NCBI GenBank assembly: GCA_002709835.1
Contig: PAQX01000019.1
Span: forward strand, 46,197-110,196
DNA: 64,000 nt
Source: Deltaproteobacteria bacterium
GTDB lineage: Bacteria; Myxococcota_A; UBA9160; UBA4427
Direction: 5' to 3'
Below, one piece after another: positions 58,201-64,000 of the stretch. The stretch's first letter is position 1. Every line of letters begins with the position of its first letter. The notes beneath the pieces are model-generated. The model saw only the letters and a program-made list of their open reading frames with translations, was not told the origin of the DNA and searched no databases. Position numbers and translations under genes: made by a program.

Positions 58201-58451
58201 AGCACGACGAGAACCATCCGCTCTATCCGCTCGTAGGGCTCTTCTCGTCGCGCTCCGGACGAAGCGATTCGGCCCCAGCGCCGGAAGGGCCGCCTGAGCT
58301 GCCATTCGAGACGGCGAACCTGCACGCGGGCCTTCTCCGCGTCGGTCTCGAGATCCCGCCCCTCGATCACGCGCTCTTCCATACCTACGTGGGCGCGATG
58401 CTCCCCGCCGAGGGCGAAGACGTGCGGCGCGCGATCGGAGGCGAGCGATGA
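55281..58451 (+). CDS. three-part fusion: CmlA-type non-heme diiron beta-hydroxylase (MBL fold), internal docking domain, thioester reductase (R) domain (1056 aa)
   Basis: One uninterrupted ORF. The GTG start overlaps the upstream stop (GTGA). The MBL core has THNHQDH (nt 56184-56204; H303, H305, D307, H308), LGEHGD (E375) and CAADSN (D401). Then a Pro/Ala/Ser linker and a docking domain at aa 581-634. The R domain runs from aa 680: LLTGATGFLGAYL, RITCLVR, HHAGAMV, YNLSK. No T, C or A domain. Confidence 0.85.
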   Translation: MNVRSSGRLNPTTTFEPLWNQWYAWSYLIPPASASRYLTESHLATLQSFADAPEIHVEALRDPAMRGGPFIEYGVDRADEIRALFTRTTAKTTALANLSLAIRNLEAKLSAYPRGMSLEPLYDEIPEPLRGFVELVYDARDSAAIRFIEPMLYRSEFYDPSLQTIALQRMDDPDTRGFVLSTPRLEADLDCHLPIPFDDARIDALARTRREARVIGELAEELGIGAAELDRFAALFTETKAPEAGVRAEGVRVRYLGHACVLLETRDVTILVDPLIPYASATGIDRISYDDLPERLDYVLITHNHQDHVMLETLLQLRHRIGTVVVPRSQKGSILDPSMRLCLKRIGFRSVREIDELDAIDLPDGEIVSLPVLGEHGDLNIGAKSAYWIRVLGRSIVCAADSNSIDDRLYAHFRQLLGRPDLLFIGMECDGAPFTWSYGPILPTPVPQRIAKSRRLDGSDAERALRIVDALDPSAVYVYAMGGEPWLTFITSIAYTETSRPIVASNRFVEACHERGLDSARLLGRRDFHLTPGNGTTAPSAAPLPARLDPNLEASPQPVAASKRPSETASAVSARRDGKGQKLTALLAELESLDVRLHVDGEQLKVNSPKGALTDTLKAALKEHKAAIVALISGGRDSEAKAGPEDERPAHEGAEDVRLAADLVVASSRTPRHDTTPSEILLTGATGFLGAYLMDALLERTDARITCLVRSDSTEAGLERIAEAFSLYALDSGRLEARIDVLPSDLTKPRLGLDEATFDRLACEIDVIHHAGAMVHHASPYSQLRDANVDGTRRILELAAAGGGLPVHYVSTLSVLPPRPFPGKTRFHEHDPIDAFPVPAGGYNLSKWVAEHLVVDARRAGIPVSVYRPGPVSGDQRTGAFNRDDFLYRLMSGYLQSGLAPDGETSLDMLPVDFVAETIVALADDPDSLGQTFHLLHPNPASSEILFEVCREAGHPIKRVPYQRWFEHLTEIAKHDENHPLYPLVGLFSSRSGRSDSAPAPEGPPELPFETANLHAGLLRVGLEIPPLDHALFHTYVGAMLPAEGEDVRRAIGGER
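57021..57183 (+). other. TubC_N-type docking domain, copy 2 (internal to the fusion protein)
   Basis: QKLTALLAELESLDVRLHVDGEQLKVNSPKGALTDTLKAALKEHKAAIVALISG. Hand alignment with copy 1 gives 19 identical positions over 51 ungapped residues, including VRL, PK.AL and KA.I. Confidence 0.7.
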
Positions 58452-59302
58452 GCGCGCGCTATGACCGATACGACGGTTGGGCCTCGCTCTACAACGCCAC
58501 GATGGGGCCCGAGTACGGGCACGCGCAGTTCGAGATCGTCGAGAGACTGATCCTTCCGTCGATTCCCGCGCGCGCGACGATCCTCGACCTCTGCTGTGGG
58601 ACCGGCCAGCTTCTTACCCCACTCGCGGAAGCAGGCTACGCGGTCACCGGTCTCGACGGCTCGACCGAGATGCTCCGCTTCGCCGCGGAGAACGCCCCCG
58701 ACGCGAAGCTCGTCGCGGAAGACGCTCGGGAGTTCCGTAATCCCGAAGCGTTCGACGCAGTGGTGTCGACGAGCGCCTCGCTCAATCACGTGGGCTCTCT
58801 CGATGATCTCCAGTGCGTGTTCGGAAACGTCTTCGCCTCCCTCCGTCCGGGCGGCGGCTTCCTCTTCGACCTGAATCACCCCGCCCAGCTCGAACGCTGG
58901 TGGAACGGTCGCCCCACCGAAGGCGAGATCGACCGACACCTGGCCTGGATGATCACCCCCGAGTACGACGCCGCCCGGAGTGAGGGCCGCTTCACGGTCA
59001 CCGTCTACAGCGCACCCGAAGCCTCAATCCGCCCCTGGAAGACCCCGCTCTACCGACTCCTATCGCTTCCACGCTTCATCGGGCTCCGCCTGTGCGCAAT
59101 CGGCCGCTTCGATCGACTCGAACCTGAATGGGCGCGAGATTCCATGGCTTTCCCCGTTTTCGGCCACTCCATCGACGGCGTCCGCGAACGACTGGAGCGT
59201 GTCGGGTTCGATGATATTTGCGTCGAGACCGCCGACGGCATGCCTCTCGACGAAAACCACTCCGCGCATTTCGTCTGTCGGAAGCCTTCGGAGGACGCGT
59301 AG
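58448..59302 (+). CDS. class I SAM-dependent methyltransferase (284 aa)
   Basis: Motif I ILDLCCGTGQL, post-I VTGLDGS, motif II FDAVVS, and LRPGGGFLF. Joined to the upstream gene by an ATGA overlap. Confidence 0.85.
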   Translation: MSARYDRYDGWASLYNATMGPEYGHAQFEIVERLILPSIPARATILDLCCGTGQLLTPLAEAGYAVTGLDGSTEMLRFAAENAPDAKLVAEDAREFRNPEAFDAVVSTSASLNHVGSLDDLQCVFGNVFASLRPGGGFLFDLNHPAQLERWWNGRPTEGEIDRHLAWMITPEYDAARSEGRFTVTVYSAPEASIRPWKTPLYRLLSLPRFIGLRLCAIGRFDRLEPEWARDSMAFPVFGHSIDGVRERLERVGFDDICVETADGMPLDENHSAHFVCRKPSEDA

Positions 59303-60774
59303 TGAGCAAGGCGACGAAGCAGAACCGCGAACCGGGCGCGGCACAGCTCCGCGCGCAGCTGATCTCCGAGCTCGGCGCGCGCACGAGCAAGTCGAAGGCC
59401 TACGCCGAAGAGCACCGACTGCACCACGCGGACAAGAGCTCGATCGGCGCGGACTTCGACCCGCGCCTCAAGGAGATCTTCTACCCGATTGTGACGACAC
59501 GGGCCGAGGGTGCCCACTTGTGGGACCTCGATGGCAATCGCTACGTCGACATACTCCAGGGGCTCGGGGCAAACCTCTTCGGACACAACCCTGACTTCGT
59601 CCGCGAGGCGATCGCCAGCCAGCTCGAGGACGGTTTCCCAGTGGGACCCCAGACACCGCTCGCCGGCGAAGTCGCCCGCCAGGCGGCTCGCCTAACCGGA
59701 GCCGATCGCGTCTGCTTCAGCGTGACCGGGACAGAAGCCGTGATGACAGCGATCCGTCTCGCGCGAACCTCGACCGGCCGCAACAAGATCGTAGTGTTCA
59801 CCGACTCCTATCATGGCCATTCCGACGCCGTGCTTAATCGAGCTTCGATCGTCGAGTACGCACGCCGCAAGGTTCAGGGTGCTCTCGCCAGCCGCGGGGC
59901 GCCCGGAGCGATCGTCGAAGCGCTTCGCCGCCCCCTGCGGACCCGCGGCGTCCCCGCGGTGCCGGGCATCCCCGGTTCCGTCGCTCGTGACGCCCTCGTA
60001 CTCGAATACGACAACCCGCGTTCCCTCGACGTGATTCGACGCAACCGGAAAAAAATCGCGGCGGTGATAGTCGAACCCGTTCAGAGCCGCTGCCCCGAAC
60101 GCCAGCCCGTCGAGTTCCTCAGGGATCTGCGAGCGGTCACCCGAGAACACGACATCGCCCTCGTCTTCGACGAAATGGTGACCGGATTTCGAACCCACCC
60201 CGCCGGTGCACACGGCCTCTTCGAGATCGAGCCCGATATCGCAACCTACAGCAAGGTCGCGGGAGGAGGGCTTCCGCTTTCCCTGATCGCGGGTTCCGCG
60301 CGCTACCTCGACGCCATCGACGGCGGCGCCTGGCGCTTCGGCGACGAGTCTGCGCCGGAGGTCCAAACCACCTTCTTCGCCGGCACCTTCGCGAAGCATC
60401 CACTCTCCCTGCGCGCCGCTCACGCGGTTTTCTCGCGCTTGCTCGATGAAGGACCGGCCTTCCAGGCAGGTCTGACCGAAAAGACGGCGGCACTGGTAGA
60501 GCGGATCAACCACACGACCAAGGCTGAGGGTCTGCCGGTCCGGTTCACGCACTTCGGATCCTTCTTCGCGATCGCGCTGAGCGAAAGCCGCATGGATCCG
60601 CACGCCGTGGTGCTTCTCTCTTATTGGCTTCTTCGCGAGGGAATCTTCCTTCGCCCCGGAGACAAAGGCGGCTTTCTGACCACTGCACATGACGAGCAGG
60701 ACACCCACGCGATCGCGACGGCCTTCGAAGGTGGGATTCGAGCCTTGCGAGACGCACACGTATTGCCGGCTTGA
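59302..60774 (+). CDS. class-III PLP-dependent aminotransferase (glutamate-1-semialdehyde aminomutase-like)
   Basis: A GTG start at 59302 (TAGTG junction with the methyltransferase stop) gives 490 aa. Motifs: HLWDLDGNRYVD, GFPVGPQTPLAGEVA, SVTGTEAVMTAIRLAR, VIVEPVQ, LVFDEMVTGFR, and the PLP lysine in ATYSKVAGGGLP. The upstream part of the listed 518-aa ORF overlaps the methyltransferase. Confidence 0.9.
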   Translation: MSKATKQNREPGAAQLRAQLISELGARTSKSKAYAEEHRLHHADKSSIGADFDPRLKEIFYPIVTTRAEGAHLWDLDGNRYVDILQGLGANLFGHNPDFVREAIASQLEDGFPVGPQTPLAGEVARQAARLTGADRVCFSVTGTEAVMTAIRLARTSTGRNKIVVFTDSYHGHSDAVLNRASIVEYARRKVQGALASRGAPGAIVEALRRPLRTRGVPAVPGIPGSVARDALVLEYDNPRSLDVIRRNRKKIAAVIVEPVQSRCPERQPVEFLRDLRAVTREHDIALVFDEMVTGFRTHPAGAHGLFEIEPDIATYSKVAGGGLPLSLIAGSARYLDAIDGGAWRFGDESAPEVQTTFFAGTFAKHPLSLRAAHAVFSRLLDEGPAFQAGLTEKTAALVERINHTTKAEGLPVRFTHFGSFFAIALSESRMDPHAVVLLSYWLLREGIFLRPGDKGGFLTTAHDEQDTHAIATAFEGGIRALRDAHVLPA

Positions 60775-60831
60775 CGCCGGTCGACTGACCAAATGCTGCC
60801 CGATTGGGCGCACGCAACCTGAAAGACGAAC

Positions 60832-61056
60832 ATGAGTGAAACGAATACGACGGACAGCGCGATCTTTTCGGTCGTCGTCAGCGAAGAAGGTCGTTACTCC
60901 ATCTGGCCAGAATACAAGGAGATCCCCTGGGGTTGGCGGGCAGATGGCAAGCGCGGATCGAAGGCTGAATGCCTCGACTACATCGAAACCGTGTGGACGG
61001 ATATGCGCCCCTTGAGCCTTCGCCGTGCGATGGACAAAGACACCTCGAGCAACTAG
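60832..61056 (+). CDS. MbtH-like protein (74 aa)
   Basis: Signature [13 protein letters not shown] ... [14 protein letters not shown] (three conserved Trp and the PxGW motif). Confidence 0.9.
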   Translation: MSETNTTDSAIFSVVVSEEGRYSIWPEYKEIPWGWRADGKRGSKAECLDYIETVWTDMRPLSLRRAMDKDTSSN

Positions 61057-61077
61057 CGGCGAACGAGCAGAGTCACG

Positions 61078-61563
61078 ATGGAACCCATGCCCGAAGAGCG
61101 CGATAAGACGACCGAGGAACCGCAGGTTCTCGATCTAGTCGCACCGTGGAATCTTCCGCTCGCGCTCGACCTCGGCGATCGTGAGCGCGAGACGATCGCG
61201 GCTACGCTCACGGAGCTCAACGCGGAGCTCGCGTCCGAGCAGCCTCGCTCGCAAGCCCTCGAGAAGCTGATCGAGCGCTTCCCAACGCCAACTGTCCAGA
61301 GGCACTCGATCACGGACACCAAGTCGAACCTCACGTCCGAAGACGTCGAGTCGTACGACCGCTACTTCGAGGTTCGGCACGTCGATACAGAATCGCCCGC
61401 GCGCTCGATCGTGCGCAGTCTGCTCATGACCTGCCATTCTTTCCTTTCACTGCGTGAGACCGGCTTCTCGTTCGATTCCGAACAAGTCGCCCTGCAGACG
61501 ACGGGTTTCCGCGAGCATGCGCGTCTGATCGCGCGGATCTGCGGAATCGCACTGGAGCGCTGA
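61078..61563 (+). CDS. hypothetical protein (161 aa), acidic N-terminal half
   Basis: The ORF has ordinary composition and sits in operon context. Its stop overlaps the next start (TGATG). No family recognised. Confidence 0.5.
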   Translation: MEPMPEERDKTTEEPQVLDLVAPWNLPLALDLGDRERETIAATLTELNAELASEQPRSQALEKLIERFPTPTVQRHSITDTKSNLTSEDVESYDRYFEVRHVDTESPARSIVRSLLMTCHSFLSLRETGFSFDSEQVALQTTGFREHARLIARICGIALER

Positions 61564-62192
61564 TGTCGACTTTCGCTCCGAACATGTCGACACCGTCGGC
61601 AATTGAGCTCTGGAAGCGTTTCCACTGGGCGTTCTTCGTGAACACCCAGGGGCTCCTCATGGCGCTCTCTCGATTCGAGCGTTTCGTGGAAACGGAAGAC
61701 TTCGAGGGTGCTCGGCGAGAGATGGCCGCTGCCGCGACGCTCATGCGGGCCTCGGGCGCGTCGATGCAGTTGGCAGGCAGCTTCACCCGGCAGGAATACA
61801 AGGACCAAGTCCGACCATCGATGATGCCCCCGGAGCTGGAGGTCGCGGGATTCAGCGGCCTCATGTCCTGGGATCACGCGAGCTTGATCGAACTCTGGCG
61901 ACGACTCAGCCCGATCTTCGCTTCGCTGCCTGACGTACTCAAGCACGAGTATGAGGACTTCGTAGCCGCCTACGGCACGCTTGCTGACTCGCATAGTGCA
62001 GTCTGCTCACGCTTCGTCGCGAAGGGCGAGGGCTCGATCCGCTACGAGGGCGATGAAGCCATCGAGTCCTTGTCCCGATTCCGCAAGGGACGGGAGGCGA
62101 TGATCGCTCCGCAGGGACGCGTGAGTGGCTGCCCCGCCCACGGCGCACCGGCGACGCACCGCGACGAAGCGGACGACGACATCGAGAGCTGA
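61563..62192 (+). CDS. hypothetical helical protein (209 aa), possible distant tryptophan-2,3-dioxygenase-superfamily (heme) fold
   Basis: Translationally coupled ORF. By-eye resemblance to TDO landmarks: ELWKRF (the ELW helix), YKDQVRP...AGFSGLMSWDHASLIE (compare F.xFR..L.P.SGFQS.QfR.lE), and SHSAVCSRFVAKGEGS (compare the proximal-His region H...V.R.iG.K.GTGGSS). The functional call has low confidence. Confidence 0.5.
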   Translation: MSTFAPNMSTPSAIELWKRFHWAFFVNTQGLLMALSRFERFVETEDFEGARREMAAAATLMRASGASMQLAGSFTRQEYKDQVRPSMMPPELEVAGFSGLMSWDHASLIELWRRLSPIFASLPDVLKHEYEDFVAAYGTLADSHSAVCSRFVAKGEGSIRYEGDEAIESLSRFRKGREAMIAPQGRVSGCPAHGAPATHRDEADDDIES

Positions 62193-62194
62193 AG

Positions 62195-64000
62195 ATGTCG
62201 CGCGAAGCCATCCCTCACGACCGTATCGAAGATGTCTATCCGCTGACCCCGACTCAGCAAGGCATGCTCTTCCACGACCTGATGCATCCGAACTCCGGTG
62301 TCTACGTCGTGCAGGTTTCATTCACGGTTTACGGCGCGATAAACGAAGCGGCCTTCGCCGAGACCTGGCGTGCGCTCCAGAAACGGCATCCCGTCCTCCG
62401 GACCGCCTTCGCGTGGGAAGGACTAGCCCGCCCGATGCAGGTCGTTGGACGCGAGGCGCCGGTCGGGATCACGGACGTCGATGCGCGAGGAACGAGCGAG
62501 CGCGAACGGAACTCGTTGCTCGAGGGCTGGCTGGCCGAGGACCTCTCGCAGGGCTTCGACCCGAGCCGCGCGCCGCTCATGCGCGTCGCACGGATCCGGT
62601 TGGACGAGAGAACGACCCGTATCGTCTGGACCTATCATCATCTCCTCCTCGACGGCTGGTCTCTTCCTCTCCTGCTCGGCGAGTGGATCGCCTGTTACCA
62701 GGCCGCGGCCCGAAACGAGTCACCGCCCCTGGGTGAAGCGCCGCGCTACCGGGAGTTCGTCGACTGGCTGGAGGCGCAGGACCAGGCGGCAAGCCGTGCC
62801 TACTGGACGGAAGCTCTCGAAGGTTGCACCCCTACCCACGTGAGCGGCGGCCATCGCGACCCGAAGGAGACGCGTCAGGCGCGAACGATCCGAACCCTCA
62901 AACCCGAGACGACCGCGCGGCTCCGGGCCTTTGCCCGAGCCGAACGCGTCACCCAGAGCACCGTCCTTCAGGCCGCCTACGGTCTCGTACTGGGACGCCA
63001 CTGCGAGCAGGACGACGTTCTATTCGGCCTCGCCCGATCGGGCCGTCCCCACGCCCTCGATCGGATCGACGAACGCATCGGTCTCTTCCTCAATCTGCTG
63101 CCGACACGAGTGGAACGGCACGAGGTGGCGACGATCGGGGACTGGCTGCGCGCGCTCCAGGCACGCTTCGTCGAGCAGCAACGCTTCGAATACTCCTCGC
63201 TCCGCGACGTCCACGTCGCGAGCGGGGTCGCGGCGGATCAGCAGCTCTTTTCGTCGATTCTCGTCTTCGAGAACTACCCGACCCTTGAGGGGGGAAGCGA
63301 GGATGTCCCGAGCGACGGCCTCAGGATCTGCGACGTCGACGTCCGCGAGCACACGAACTACCCGCTCAATCTCTACATCTCGGGCACCGACGCCCTTGAG
63401 CTTCGACTGCTCTATGGACTCGGCCACTTCACTTCCTCGGAAGCAGACCGCCTCGTCGGCCAGATCGCTTCGACGTTAGACGCGATCATCCAGGACGGCT
63501 CGCGCCAAGTCGGCTCGCTGACTGCCGCCTCCCTCGCGGAGATCCACGAGGCGCACGTCGCCCCAAACTCGACACGTAGGGACTCTCAGCCCGAGTCCGT
63601 TCTCGAGTCGTTTCGGAAGCAGGTCACCAGCGGGCCGACACATCCCGCGCTCGTCTGCGGGGATACGCGACTCGACTACACCACGCTCGCGCGAGAAGTA
63701 GCCGCTATCGCTGAACGCTTGCGCGCCACGGGGATCGGCGAAGGCCGCCTCGTCGGAATCTGTCTTCCGCGAACGGCCCGCCTCCCGATCGCTCTCCTCG
63801 CGGTACTTTCAACCGGCGCCGCTTACGTTCCGCTCGACCCGTCGTTCCCCGAACAGCGCCTGCGCCAGATCGTAGAAGACTCCGGGATCGCCTCGGTGCT
63901 CGTCGACGACGCAACTGAAGCGCTCGCACGATCTCTCGGCGCGGCGCCGGTCCGCGTGGACGCGGACAACGAAGCGCCCTGCTTCGAGCTCGGCGAGGCT
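62195..64000 (+). CDS. NRPS, partial: C(DCL-type)-A... (3' end lies outside the window)
   Basis: Not in the ORF track because it has no stop. Frame 2 is open from the ATG at 62195 to the window edge (602 codons, checked by hand at both ends). MSREAIPHDRIEDVYPLTPTQQGMLFH, YHHLLLDGWS, then the start of an A domain (LVCGDTRLDYTTLAREV...LLAVLSTGAAYVPLDPSFPEQRL). Confidence 0.9.
   Translation, partial: MSREAIPHDRIEDVYPLTPTQQGMLFHDLMHPNSGVYVVQVSFTVYGAINEAAFAETWRALQKRHPVLRTAFAWEGLARPMQVVGREAPVGITDVDARGTSERERNSLLEGWLAEDLSQGFDPSRAPLMRVARIRLDERTTRIVWTYHHLLLDGWSLPLLLGEWIACYQAAARNESPPLGEAPRYREFVDWLEAQDQAASRAYWTEALEGCTPTHVSGGHRDPKETRQARTIRTLKPETTARLRAFARAERVTQSTVLQAAYGLVLGRHCEQDDVLFGLARSGRPHALDRIDERIGLFLNLLPTRVERHEVATIGDWLRALQARFVEQQRFEYSSLRDVHVASGVAADQQLFSSILVFENYPTLEGGSEDVPSDGLRICDVDVREHTNYPLNLYISGTDALELRLLYGLGHFTSSEADRLVGQIASTLDAIIQDGSRQVGSLTAASLAEIHEAHVAPNSTRRDSQPESVLESFRKQVTSGPTHPALVCGDTRLDYTTLAREVAAIAERLRATGIGEGRLVGICLPRTARLPIALLAVLSTGAAYVPLDPSFPEQRLRQIVEDSGIASVLVDDATEALARSLGAAPVRVDADNEAPCFELGEA

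Noticed and set aside
59218-59301. Upstream extension of the aminotransferase ORF (518-aa version)
   Set aside because: The extension overlaps the methyltransferase coding region in another frame and is Arg-rich. The GTG at 59302 gives a TAGTG junction and an N-terminus of normal composition.
1-64000. Search for CRISPR arrays, rRNA genes, IS elements with terminal inverted repeats, and long direct repeats
   Set aside because: None was seen on visual inspection of intergenic regions. The window is almost fully occupied by the coding sequences listed. A computational repeat search would be needed to exclude short or diverged repeats.

Overview
High-GC bacterial DNA. The organism cannot be named from sequence alone. 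All family calls below come from reading motifs in the supplied translations by eye; no HMM or BLAST search was run. The window has three parts. (1) 1-11.6 kb holds ordinary enzyme genes: amidohydrolases, a TauD-type dioxygenase, SnoaL/LEH-like proteins, an alpha/beta hydrolase, a sulfotransferase, a fatty-acid hydroxylase, an SDR and a beta-lactamase-fold hydrolase. (2) 11.9-13.5 kb holds a tRNA-Arg(TCG), then a decayed tyrosine-integrase gene, a possible partial repeat of the tRNA 3' end, and a visibly AT-richer islet with a small 2-TM protein and a bidirectional terminator. (3) From about 13.8 kb to the window edge, and continuing beyond it, lies a roughly 50 kb hybrid lipid-PKS-NRPS biosynthetic gene cluster in two divergent, translationally coupled operons. 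The minus operon (51368 to 14544) encodes FAAL-ACP, two KS-AT-DH-cMT-ER-KR-ACP modules, a KS-AT-KR-like-carrier module, a free-standing luciferase-like monooxygenase, NRPS C-A(Asn)-T-E, NRPS C-A(Gly)-T-C-A(Val-like)-T-E and a MATE exporter. The plus operon (51874 onward) encodes a docking-domain C-A-T NRPS, a three-part fusion protein, a SAM methyltransferase, a class-III aminotransferase, an MbtH-like protein, two unknown proteins and another NRPS that is cut by the window edge. The most unusual element is that fusion (55281-58451): a CmlA-type diiron beta-hydroxylase, an internal TubC_N-type docking domain and a thioester reductase, with no carrier domain. Other points worth a second look are His in place of the catalytic Tyr in both fully reducing KR domains, an acyl-D-Asn module coupled to a MATE pump, a non-colinear module order implied by E-domain tails and DCL-type C domains, and an A domain whose specificity code I could not assign.
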